DNA from: an uncultured archaeon | Lineage (GTDB): Archaea; Asgardarchaeota; Thorarchaeia; Thorarchaeales; CAZPUN01 | Direction of reading: 5' to 3' | Length of the DNA: 32,000 bases | NCBI GenBank assembly: GCA_964589775.1 | Contig: CAZPUN010000023.1 | Coordinates: 30,001-62,000, forward strand | Part shown: one piece after another, positions 8,457-16,717 of the stretch | Layout of the letters: the number at the start of each line of letters is the position of its first letter | Numbering within the stretch: the first letter of the stretch is position 1 | Notes under the pieces: generated by a model | Seen by the model: the letters and a program-made list of their open reading frames with translations, nothing else | What the model was told of the DNA's origin: nothing | The model's database searches: none | Made by a program: the position numbers and the translations under genes

Positions 8457-9622
8457 TCTTGAAACCATTATTTTGGTTGTTTAAAAAGGAGTTAAAATCT
8501 GCGTATAGGTCCAAGTGGTTGATGTTTGGGTTTATTGTCGGTCCGTTGATCGCATGGGGTTTTCAGGGTGTATTTCTAGCGTACATGTTTGGTCAGGCTA
8601 CAAGTGGCGGTCAAACGGTTTATTATACAAACGATGATGTGGGACCAATCGGTGGTGAACTAATCAATGCCATTGAAGGCAACGCAACATATCTTGGAAT
8701 TGGCGAATTAATTGAGATAAATGCTACGTATGGTCAAAAACTTGTAGCCGATGGTAGTGTTGGGATCTGGATATATATACCAGCTAATTTTACGCAAATG
8801 CTAGTATCTTACAATACTACGGTTCTAAAAATCTATGTTGATACAGCGTCAACAAAAGCAACATCTGTGGCAAAAGCCATTGAATATTTCTCAAAAAATT
8901 ATATTGATATTGTAATACGTGAATTGAAAGTTGAGGAAATTCCAGTTAGTAAAGAAGCAACTTATGGATTTCAATTAGCAATCTTCTTAGTTATGTTAAT
9001 GTCTGTGGTTGCACCTGCACCTTATGTTTCTCAATCTTTTGCAGGCGAACGCGAACGTAGAACACTTGAGGCGCTGTTAGTTGTACCTATGAGCCGCTTG
9101 AAAATACTAACCGGAAAGGTTCTTGCGGGACTTGTACTTACAGGGGTTTATGCAATCTTCACAATTGTTGGTATTGAACTCTATAACGGTATGATATACC
9201 TTGCGTTAGGCGATTTAGGCTCCTATGCATCATACTTTACCGTAAGTGAATCAATTATGCCATTGATTGCATTCAGTCAAATGCTAGTTGCACTATGCGC
9301 ACTTGGGATTGGTGTTGTAATTTCATGCCTTGCTAAAGATCAAGCTTCCGCTGAATCTATCAATAATTTAGCCCTAATGATCCCTACAATGGCTATTGGA
9401 ATTCTCTCATTCACGGGAAGCATTGAAAGTATCGGGGGCATCTTTGGTTTTATGATAGCGGCTATTCCATTTACACATGCGGTATTGTTCCTAAATGGTG
9501 TATTATTGCACACAGCATCTGTTTATCAGTTATTATTTAATATTGCATATCTTGTAGTTTCAACTCTTGTGTTTTTAGTAATTGGTGCGAAAATCTTCGA
9601 GCGTGAAGGAATCGTTTCTTAA
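8453..9622 (+). CDS. ABC-2 type permease (NatB-like)
   Basis: KKELK N-terminus, one TM then an extracellular domain, AGERERRTLEALLVVP...ILTGK and further TMs; ATGA overlap with the ATPase gene. Confidence 0.9.
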   Translation: MILKPLFWLFKKELKSAYRSKWLMFGFIVGPLIAWGFQGVFLAYMFGQATSGGQTVYYTNDDVGPIGGELINAIEGNATYLGIGELIEINATYGQKLVADGSVGIWIYIPANFTQMLVSYNTTVLKIYVDTASTKATSVAKAIEYFSKNYIDIVIRELKVEEIPVSKEATYGFQLAIFLVMLMSVVAPAPYVSQSFAGERERRTLEALLVVPMSRLKILTGKVLAGLVLTGVYAIFTIVGIELYNGMIYLALGDLGSYASYFTVSESIMPLIAFSQMLVALCALGIGVVISCLAKDQASAESINNLALMIPTMAIGILSFTGSIESIGGIFGFMIAAIPFTHAVLFLNGVLLHTASVYQLLFNIAYLVVSTLVFLVIGAKIFEREGIVS

Positions 9623-9748
9623 ATTGATTCCTTCTTTTTTTGGCAATATTTTTATTTGTAAATGTAAGTTCAATAATTAATCCATTATAATAATATATTT
9701 AACTGAAAAGTCAACACGAATGCTTGTGTCTTAAAGTATCATATGAGC

Positions 9749-9767
9749 ACAATGTTTTTAACATTGT
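9749..9767. promoter_or_regulatory. Inverted repeat ACAATGTT-ttt-AACATTGT overlapping a TATA-like element upstream of the NapH-like gene
   Basis: Perfect 8-3-8 palindrome 46-64 nt upstream of ATG 9813. Confidence 0.5.
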
Positions 9768-9812
9768 TCGTATGAAAACTTGCAGAGCGCAACCCATTGG
9801 ACGTGAGAAACT

Positions 9813-10808
9813 ATGAGCAAGACTCAGACTGAAAAGGAAACAAAAGAGAAACCTCAAAAGAATATACTCCGAAGAATATTCAATTTAATGACGTTAAGGC
9901 ATGTTGTACAGATTTTCTTCTTGCTTATAATTAATGGTTATTATATCATTCAAATTTATGGTCATAACATGCTTATTGACTTCTTTGAACAAATTAGACA
10001 AGTCATGCCGATTCTTCCAATTTTAAGTAGTCCTCATGCACCCTATGCAATGTTTGCAGGTATTTTTGATGTAATTGAATGGGAATTGACAAGTCCTGCA
10101 GCTCCCTTCCTTGCATTAGGTATATTATTGTTAGTTGTTACATTCTTAGGTCGAACAGGCTGTGGCTGGATTTGTCCATTTGGTGCAATTCAGGATTTTG
10201 CGGGTTATCTGAAGCGTGACAAAATACGCCCATCGAAGCGAACAGAAGAAGGATATCGCGAAATTAAGATCTATATCCTTATGGTTGTGCTCATTCTTGC
10301 TGCATGGGTGGGCATTGCCAAAGCAACTGGAATTAGTGAAGGTATTATTCCTGCCTTAGGTCCATTTGCAAATGCACCTTTTGATCCCGTAAATCCTGCA
10401 ACTATACTATTCGTATACATTCCTGACATGATCTCTCGTGGATTATTCCCAACAAGTTTAGATACACTTAATGTAATATTTGATTGGACAACCCTATTCT
10501 GGCTTCAAATGTTTATTCTAGTATTCATACTACTTATTTCCGTATTTATTGACCGACCATTCTGTCGCTATTTATGTCCTGCAGGCGCCCTTATGGGAAT
10601 GGTAAGCAAGCACAGTTTCTTAGCAATTGCCAGAAATCCTGCAAAATGCACACCTTCAGTATGTAACCTATGTGAGCAAGCATGTCCTATGGGCGTGAAG
10701 ATACTTGAATATCCATTTGAACGTGTAAATGATAGTGAATGCATTTTATGTATGAAATGCAAGCACGTATGCCCCAATGACGCAATAGAACTAAAATTGA
10801 TTTTATAG
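9813..10808 (+). CDS. Membrane-bound 4Fe-4S protein, NapH/MauN ferredoxin-type family
   Basis: GRTGCGWICPFG and RPFCRYLCPAG motifs, two C-terminal ferredoxin motifs (CNLCEQACP, CILCMKCKHVCP) and multiple TMs. Confidence 0.9.
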   Translation: MSKTQTEKETKEKPQKNILRRIFNLMTLRHVVQIFFLLIINGYYIIQIYGHNMLIDFFEQIRQVMPILPILSSPHAPYAMFAGIFDVIEWELTSPAAPFLALGILLLVVTFLGRTGCGWICPFGAIQDFAGYLKRDKIRPSKRTEEGYREIKIYILMVVLILAAWVGIAKATGISEGIIPALGPFANAPFDPVNPATILFVYIPDMISRGLFPTSLDTLNVIFDWTTLFWLQMFILVFILLISVFIDRPFCRYLCPAGALMGMVSKHSFLAIARNPAKCTPSVCNLCEQACPMGVKILEYPFERVNDSECILCMKCKHVCPNDAIELKLIL

Positions 10809-10866
10809 CCTTTTTTGGCTTTTCTTTTTTTAATTAAATAAAAAAGAAAAATTAAAGATTAAATCT

Positions 10867-11079
10867 TTACATATATCGCATTCTTTCAGTTTTATTTTCT
10901 TTCTTCCAATACTTTTTGACTGCTTTCCAGTGTTTTTTGCAAAAGTGTGCCTTCTTATCTTTGGAACTTTTTAATTTTAATCCTGCTTCAATGACAGATT
11001 TGTTGATGCGTTCTCTTGACATCGTTTTGTATGATTCTTCCTCACAGCCAACGACACTGCATATCTTTTTGGTTTGCAA
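10867..11079 (-). CDS. Small basic putative zinc-binding protein (C-x4-C...C-x2-H)
   Basis: CSVVGC...FCKKHW; Lys/Arg-rich; strong GAGGGTGA SD before a TTG start. Confidence 0.8.
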   Translation of the reverse strand: MQTKKICSVVGCEEESYKTMSRERINKSVIEAGLKLKSSKDKKAHFCKKHWKAVKKYWKKENKTERMRYM

Positions 11080-11096
11080 TTAAAAATCACCCTCGT

Positions 11097-11213
11097 TTAG
11101 TGATTCATTAATGATAGTATATGCGCTATTTGGTTTAATACTAATCCGATACTTAGTAATGATAGCCCAATCATTATGGTAACCAATGCTCTTGCTCTTG
11201 GTCTTAATTCCAT
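11097..11213 (-). CDS. Putative 38-aa membrane microprotein; not in the ORF track
   Basis: Hand translation gives MELRPRARALVTIMIGLSLLSIGLVLNQIAHILSLMNH; its stop lies just upstream of the next gene's SD. Confidence 0.6.
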   Translation of the reverse strand: MELRPRARALVTIMIGLSLLSIGLVLNQIAHILSLMNH

Positions 11214-11277
11214 TGTATTTCAACTCTTTTTGTTTTTAATATTGAATCGGTTTGTTAATTTTTAACATTGTTGGTGT

Positions 11278-11610
11278 TTAATCAATTAGGTCATCAAGAT
11301 TTTTACCAAAGCGCTTTTTTATGAGCTTATTGCTAATTTTTACATCTGGTTTCCAATCGAGGATCATATCATCCTCTGGTCTTGGCTTTTTCTTTTTCTT
11401 TGTTAGAAGACACTTTCCATCGGGTGTCATCTTTTGAATTGAACATGAAGCAAATTTGCAATCAGGTCCAACGCACCAATCATTGGCCCATGTACACCAA
11501 ATGATGCGTTTTTGTCCTTTTTTCTTAATTGTAAGTGCACTTGGTCTTTTCTCACATCTGAAGTACTTGCATGTTGGAGTGCATTTTTTATAGCCTGACA
11601 TTATTTTCAA
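11278..11610 (-). CDS. Cys-rich (8 Cys) basic hypothetical protein
   Basis: CTPTCKYFRC...WCTWANDWCVGPDCKFASC...DGKC followed by a poly-Lys stretch. Start may be ATG 11601. Confidence 0.8.
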   Translation of the reverse strand: MKIMSGYKKCTPTCKYFRCEKRPSALTIKKKGQKRIIWCTWANDWCVGPDCKFASCSIQKMTPDGKCLLTKKKKKPRPEDDMILDWKPDVKISNKLIKKRFGKNLDDLID

Positions 11611-11618
11611 GCTCCATA

Positions 11619-12335
11619 CTAATCTGCTTTTTCAATCATGTCTTGAAGAATTTTTATAGCTAATTCCATTTTAGAAATTTTAAAAGATAATTCAGTCTTT
11701 CTTACATTATATTCGGATTCATCAATATTTCCAAGTTTATAACTCGCAACTAATCTTTCATAGTTCCTTTTTAGATCAATTAGTTCTTTATTGAAATCTT
11801 TGAGTGTTTTTTTAGCTTCTTTTACTTCTTCTTTGAGGTCTTTCTCGACTTTTTCATATTGTGTTTCTAGTTCTTTTTTCATTTCTTTATAGACGACTTT
11901 ATCCATTGTTTTTTTCATTTTGTTAAGTTCATCGAGTTTTGCAGCAAGTTCTTCTTTCTGTTTGATAAGCTGTTCTAATAAAATAGATTCTTCATGATGT
12001 GTTAACTTCTGCTTTTGTTCTTTTAGTGTTCTTAACCGGTTTTTTAAATAAGAAATTTGTTTGAGTACTTTTGACTTCTCTGTTACATTAAGTTCTAATA
12101 CATGTTTGACTGCATCTATTTGTCGTAGAATTTCTTCTAGTTCTTTATTAATAGTTTCAAATTCTGCACGTTCCATGAGTATTTCTTTAATTAAAGTCTT
12201 AAACTCTGATGGTGTTGGTGGTTCTTCTTTTTTCATTGTAGTAGTTTCCTTTATTGGTTCTCCACAAAAAACACAATATTCCCAATTCGGATCTATTTCA
12301 AGACCACAGTTTGGACATTTTATTTTCTCAGTCAA
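11619..12335 (-). CDS. Zinc-ribbon plus long coiled-coil protein (possibly CdvA-like coiled coil)
   Basis: N-terminal CPNCG...CVFCG, then about 190 aa of heptad-rich helix including YKLGNIDESEY. Confidence 0.8.
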   Translation of the reverse strand: MTEKIKCPNCGLEIDPNWEYCVFCGEPIKETTTMKKEEPPTPSEFKTLIKEILMERAEFETINKELEEILRQIDAVKHVLELNVTEKSKVLKQISYLKNRLRTLKEQKQKLTHHEESILLEQLIKQKEELAAKLDELNKMKKTMDKVVYKEMKKELETQYEKVEKDLKEEVKEAKKTLKDFNKELIDLKRNYERLVASYKLGNIDESEYNVRKTELSFKISKMELAIKILQDMIEKAD

Positions 12336-12625
12336 GTCGATTCCCCTTGTACTTTAAGAAATCCTAACTGAATCATATTCTCGATAAAGCTTATCAAATT
12401 ATCTATATCTTTCTGAATGTATGTAATCATTTTTATTATATGTTGTAATGGATGTCCCTTTGAGATCATGTCTATAGCTCTTGATGCTTGTTTGTTCATC
12501 TTTGCTACTATTTTGTCATCTTTAAGGAACATACCTATATCATGTTCAATGCGAAAGGTATACTTTCTCGAAATATTGAACCTTGTTCTTGTATTAAAAA
12601 GCGGGTGTGTGAATCTCATCGTCAT
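12332..12625 (-). CDS. PqqD/RRE-like small winged-helix protein
   Basis: Beta strands (YTFRIEHDIGMFL...IVAK), then MNKQASRAIDMI-SKG-HPLQHIIKMI, and LISFIENMIQLGFL; TTGA overlap with the next gene. Confidence 0.6.
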   Translation of the reverse strand: MTMRFTHPLFNTRTRFNISRKYTFRIEHDIGMFLKDDKIVAKMNKQASRAIDMISKGHPLQHIIKMITYIQKDIDNLISFIENMIQLGFLKVQGEST

Positions 12626-12683
12626 GTTTGTTTATGCCCCGAGATATAATTAAAAAGAAGAAAAATTATTGCGTCTCATGTTT

Positions 12684-13004
12684 TTATACATACTCTTTAA
12701 GTCTAGCAACTGCTTGATCGAATTCTCCTTTGGAAGTTACTATTGGGACCTCTCCATAGTTTGGCATACCTTTTGTAATTTCCTCTATTAGATATTCTAA
12801 TGCAAGTTTTGTGTCGAGTTCCCGTGTCTCTAATGTGAGGTCTGGAAATGTCAAGGAAGCTTCAGTCCATTTTTCTCTCTTTTCATCAGTTGGGAATAAT
12901 GCATATAGATAGTCTTCAGTACTAATAATTACACTCGGTGTGTTTTCCCACGCTTTCGCCATAAGAGCTGCCATATCTTTAGCATTTTGTGCTTTATCCG
13001 CCAT
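12684..13004 (-). CDS. Hypothetical protein
   Basis: Clean acidic, globular-looking ORF with a GGTGA SD before ATG 13004; no family recognised. Confidence 0.75.
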   Translation of the reverse strand: MADKAQNAKDMAALMAKAWENTPSVIISTEDYLYALFPTDEKREKWTEASLTFPDLTLETRELDTKLALEYLIEEITKGMPNYGEVPIVTSKGEFDQAVARLKEYV

Positions 13005-13071
13005 AAGTGTCACCATTGGAATTATTATTTCAATATTTTTTAAGGAAATTGTGTGTTAAAAGCTCTTCGGT

Positions 13072-13632
13072 TTATGGTTTATACCACTGGAATGCATAAT
13101 ATGCGACTTCACCGTTTTCTTTTACAGTTGCTACAACGAATCTTTTTCTTACTGTAGTTGCAAGACGTCCTGCTCTAACGATATCAATTGGTTGAACTCC
13201 GATCGCTTTTGGATGTACATGTACCATAAATGGTGCATGATCTATTCCCGGTCCGTACTCGTAGATGGCGAAGTCGGTTCCAAATTTAAGTCCCGGTCTT
13301 ACTACGTATCCTGCTTTTCTGAGATCTTTATATACAATATATCGCTCTTCAAAATGAGGCACATTTTCTTCTGCTATTTTTTTTAGTGTATCTATATCCA
13401 CAATTTTTGAATTTTCGCTATCATATACTTCAATTCTGTTTTCTTCTATAAGATAGCATGCTTCTATTAATGATAATTCGAGAGGTCTTTGAAAATCGAA
13501 ATTTTTGGGCTTTCTAATACCTACTGGTAATCCATAAAATCCACTAGCATAGAGTGTCGATGCGTCTTCAATGTTCCACACTATTATTCTAGTACCTATT
13601 AGTTCCGCTCTTATTTTTTTATTATCGCTCAT
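13072..13632 (-). CDS. endA: tRNA-splicing endonuclease (tRNA-intron lyase), catalytic type
   Basis: LELSLIEACYL, VYKDLRKAGYVVRPGLKFGTDFAIY, DHAPF and RLATTVRK (Tyr/His/Lys triad). Probable start ATG 13632 after a GAGG SD. Confidence 0.95.
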   Translation of the reverse strand: MSDNKKIRAELIGTRIIVWNIEDASTLYASGFYGLPVGIRKPKNFDFQRPLELSLIEACYLIEENRIEVYDSENSKIVDIDTLKKIAEENVPHFEERYIVYKDLRKAGYVVRPGLKFGTDFAIYEYGPGIDHAPFMVHVHPKAIGVQPIDIVRAGRLATTVRKRFVVATVKENGEVAYYAFQWYKP

Positions 13633-13645
13633 CTGTGGGTTCCTC

Positions 13646-14305
13646 TTATGCCATATATGCAAGAGCAAGTATTAATACATTTTCAGCGGAGTCTTCTGCA
13701 TAGTTTGCAATCTCTTCCATCGCATTTATGAAATCTTTGAATTGCATCAAGACTTTTAATGGAATATCCATTTTGTATATATCATGGAGAATTTCTCGTT
13801 GCATGTTATCTAGTTGTTTTTCAATATCTCTTACGACATCAGAAATTTCTATCGCTTTATTGTTATTTGTTGTGAGCATAATTGTTGATTCTCTCAGCTT
13901 TGCAACTTCTTTTTGGAGAAGATCTCCGTACGTTAATATTTTTTCTGCAAAATCTCCTGTTGGGGTCCACATATCTAGTAGCAATGAAAGATTGTATCCT
14001 GCGATTTCGGCGCCGTCTATTAATTTATCGTTGTTTAAAACGCCTCTCATGAAATCTTCTCTAAGTATTAGTCCTGTGGCTTTTGATAAATCTACAAGTA
14101 TTTGTTTTTTAAGACGATTTCCTTTTTCTTCTAGATCTGTTAGTTTCTTAAGGTGTTCTTCGATTTTCTTACCATTGTGTATCCATTCATCGATTATTTG
14201 TATGAGTTCATTTACGGCTTGAGTACTATATCTTGAATGTTCTTTAATTAGTTCCATTATTCTTGTGTTTTCTGAAGAGCGATATTTTGATTCGTCATAC
14301 GCCAC
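13646..14305 (-). CDS. DUF47 / PhoU-like phosphate transport regulator family protein
   Basis: Two-repeat helical bundle: LEEKGNRLKK...REDF; IEKQLDNMQR; EEIANYAEDSAE. Confidence 0.8.
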   Translation of the reverse strand: MAYDESKYRSSENTRIMELIKEHSRYSTQAVNELIQIIDEWIHNGKKIEEHLKKLTDLEEKGNRLKKQILVDLSKATGLILREDFMRGVLNNDKLIDGAEIAGYNLSLLLDMWTPTGDFAEKILTYGDLLQKEVAKLRESTIMLTTNNNKAIEISDVVRDIEKQLDNMQREILHDIYKMDIPLKVLMQFKDFINAMEEIANYAEDSAENVLILALAYMA

Positions 14306-14421
14306 TTTTGTAATCTCCTATTATGTGGTATGCCAATAGATTATAGCGAATCTTAAAAGTTATTTGATTTATTTACACAACGACTTATGTATCATAAAAT
14401 ACTATGAAGGTTACGAACATG

Positions 14422-15201
14422 GATCCTATTGAGTATATTATTATTGCACTTTTACAAGGTCTAGCTGAATGGTTACCTATCAGCAGTGAAGGGCAACTAA
14501 TGTTATTTCTAAATTTTGCATCATCTATCAATCCCTATGAAGCTTTTGTTCTTGTGATTTGGCTGCATGTTGGTACGGCTGCTTCAGTAGTTGCGCGATA
14601 TCCCAAAGAGATACTAAATATTCTTACTCTTAATAATAGGCTTGATTTCAAATTGCTTTTGATTGCAACTATTGCTACTGCAATTAGTGGTATTCCAATG
14701 TATTTGTTCTTTGAGTCTTTTATAAATAATGCACAAGGCGAATTCTTGAATTTATTAATTGGTGTTTTGTTAATTATCACTGGTATTATCTTGGCTATTT
14801 CATCAAAAAGAATGTTCGAAAATAAATCTGTAGATAGTAAAATTATGTTCATAACAGGACTTATGCAAGGATTTGCAATTCTTCCCGGAATTAGTCGTTC
14901 GGGTGTAACTGTTGCTACATTATTGCTTCAAAAAATCGAGAAAGAGACAGCTCTCAAATATAGCTTTCTAATGAGTATCCCCGCAATTTTAGGTGCGTTC
15001 TTTTTTGAAAATCTGAAATCTGGTTTTGTACTTCCTGGAGAGCCTGTGTTTTTAGGAATTGCAGAACTTGTAGCCTTTATTGTTGGATTCATTACTATGA
15101 CTGCGCTTTTGCGTATCGCTAAAACTATTGATTTCTCAAAATTCTGTATCTTTATGGGACTGATCGCAGTTCTTATCTATCCCCTCAGTATTATTTTTTA
15201 A
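14422..15201 (+). CDS. uppP: Undecaprenyl/polyprenyl-diphosphate phosphatase (UppP/BacA family)
   Basis: LQGLAEWLPISSEG, LHVGT, QGFAILPGISRSGVT and YSFLMSIPA. Start is 14422 or 14404. Confidence 0.93.
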   Translation, partial: DPIEYIIIALLQGLAEWLPISSEGQLMLFLNFASSINPYEAFVLVIWLHVGTAASVVARYPKEILNILTLNNRLDFKLLLIATIATAISGIPMYLFFESFINNAQGEFLNLLIGVLLIITGIILAISSKRMFENKSVDSKIMFITGLMQGFAILPGISRSGVTVATLLLQKIEKETALKYSFLMSIPAILGAFFFENLKSGFVLPGEPVFLGIAELVAFIVGFITMTALLRIAKTIDFSKFCIFMGLIAVLIYPLSIIF

Positions 15202-15210
15202 GTCCCATTT

Positions 15211-15930
15211 TTATTTCTTTTTAAATAAAATCGCTACTGGAGCATTTGCTTTTCGCCATTCAGCAAGTTTTCCTTCATACTGCATAGGCAATTCATGTCT
15301 TCCATGATTTCCTATAATTATGAACAACGTATTTGATTCTGCTTGTCTATATAGTATTTTCACCCAATTGTCTGTACGTGTAATTAATTTTTGGATTAAT
15401 TTTTCAGGCGGCGTTTGGCGTGCATATTGTGCATATAGAAATTCAAAATCAAGAAAATGGATAAAGACAAGATCTTGTCTATTTATGACCTTTGTTGCTT
15501 GAACATAAGCTGTCATATCATCTCTGCATTCAATAGATTTGACTTCTGGAGGTACAAATGTCGCGATGTCTTCTTTTCTTCCAATAAATGTAGTATTTTT
15601 CCCATCTATATATACACGTCTTAATAGATTATCATTTGTTTGTTGTTGTGCTCCGTAGATTATTTCTGATAGTAATGGTATTGCATAAGGATTGTTTGTT
15701 TCCAATAATGCTATTAATTCGAGATTTTTGATCAAAGTTTCTGGCTTATAGACGACTGTTTCAAAAAGTCCAAAATTATCTATTATGATAATGACTACTT
15801 TATTTGCACTTATTAGTGATTCATCTATGTTATATTCTGGTTGTAAATTATTGGGTATTCCTAATGATTTTAGTATCAATTCTCTAAAATATACTGCCGG
15901 AATCTTTATGGACTTGAAGCTTGGAGGCAA
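15211..15930 (-). CDS. Alkaline-phosphatase/nucleotide-pyrophosphatase superfamily-like protein with degenerate metal ligands
   Basis: KVVIIIIDNFGL, DLVFIHFLD and TLFIIIGNHG resemble the AlkP core motifs (D-G-x-G, D..H, DHG). Confidence 0.6.
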   Translation of the reverse strand: MPPSFKSIKIPAVYFRELILKSLGIPNNLQPEYNIDESLISANKVVIIIIDNFGLFETVVYKPETLIKNLELIALLETNNPYAIPLLSEIIYGAQQQTNDNLLRRVYIDGKNTTFIGRKEDIATFVPPEVKSIECRDDMTAYVQATKVINRQDLVFIHFLDFEFLYAQYARQTPPEKLIQKLITRTDNWVKILYRQAESNTLFIIIGNHGRHELPMQYEGKLAEWRKANAPVAILFKKK

Positions 15931-15945
15931 TTTTTAATCCTCCTG

Positions 15946-16596
15946 TTAAAATCCTCCGAAATCATCATCCGCAGAGATAATTTTTTCTTCTTCCTCCGGT
16001 GGTACTGGAATTACCTTCTCTTTCTCTAACTTTTCTGCGAATCTGTCAGCAATCTTTTGAATTCTTTTTTCTACAATCAAATAGATTGTTTTTGTTAAAT
16101 CGTATAGTACTACTAAAGTCAAGGAAAGTATTATCCCCATTGGGATCCAGTATATTATAGGCGCATCGATTTCAAATGGGACTAAATATGGATATGCAAT
16201 TGCGCCAATAACAAGTAGTAATATTATATATACGATGTCTAAAGGTATCCTTCTAGCGGTACCCTTTGAACTTGCTTTCTGTCGTGGCAATCGTGAAACT
16301 ATCATTACCATGACCTTATCTAATAGTATTCCAAAGTCTACAGCGGTTTTTGCGCAGAATAAGAATATTAGAATCAAATTACCAATATTAAACAAATCAA
16401 ATATACTGATATTTGTACCAGGTATAATTTGTGTTAGGAATCCTAATTTTAATGTTACATAGAAATAGAACAGACTAGATATTACTACCATCAGAATTCC
16501 GAGTGCGACGCTTGCTGATTTCTCTCTAACTACTTTTGCAAGTTCTTTTCTTTCCATAGCTTTTGCTTCTTCTTCTTTCAAAAAGGGTACCTCCAT
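15946..16596 (-). CDS. Hypothetical membrane protein (about 4 TM) with acidic C-terminal tail
   Basis: Four hydrophobic segments; the C-terminus is PPEEEEKIISADDDFGGF. Confidence 0.75.
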   Translation of the reverse strand: MEVPFLKEEEAKAMERKELAKVVREKSASVALGILMVVISSLFYFYVTLKLGFLTQIIPGTNISIFDLFNIGNLILIFLFCAKTAVDFGILLDKVMVMIVSRLPRQKASSKGTARRIPLDIVYIILLLVIGAIAYPYLVPFEIDAPIIYWIPMGIILSLTLVVLYDLTKTIYLIVEKRIQKIADRFAEKLEKEKVIPVPPEEEEKIISADDDFGGF

Positions 16597-16717
16597 TATA
16601 TACATGCATTGATTTATTACTTAATATTTTTTTCTAATTACTTTTTTCATAATTTCGATTTATTTTATTATGTATTATCCTCTAAATTTATTTAGCTTTA
16701 TTATATGTATCTTAACT

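Noticed and set aside
11097-11213. CxxC-bearing small partner peptide of NapH-like ferredoxins
   Set aside because: It has no Cys and lies on the opposite strand from the ferredoxin gene; kept only as a generic microprotein.
10867-13016. Provirus or mobile element (dense small hypothetical ORFs)
   Set aside because: No integrase, transposase, att repeats or capsid-like genes, and the SD usage matches the host genes.
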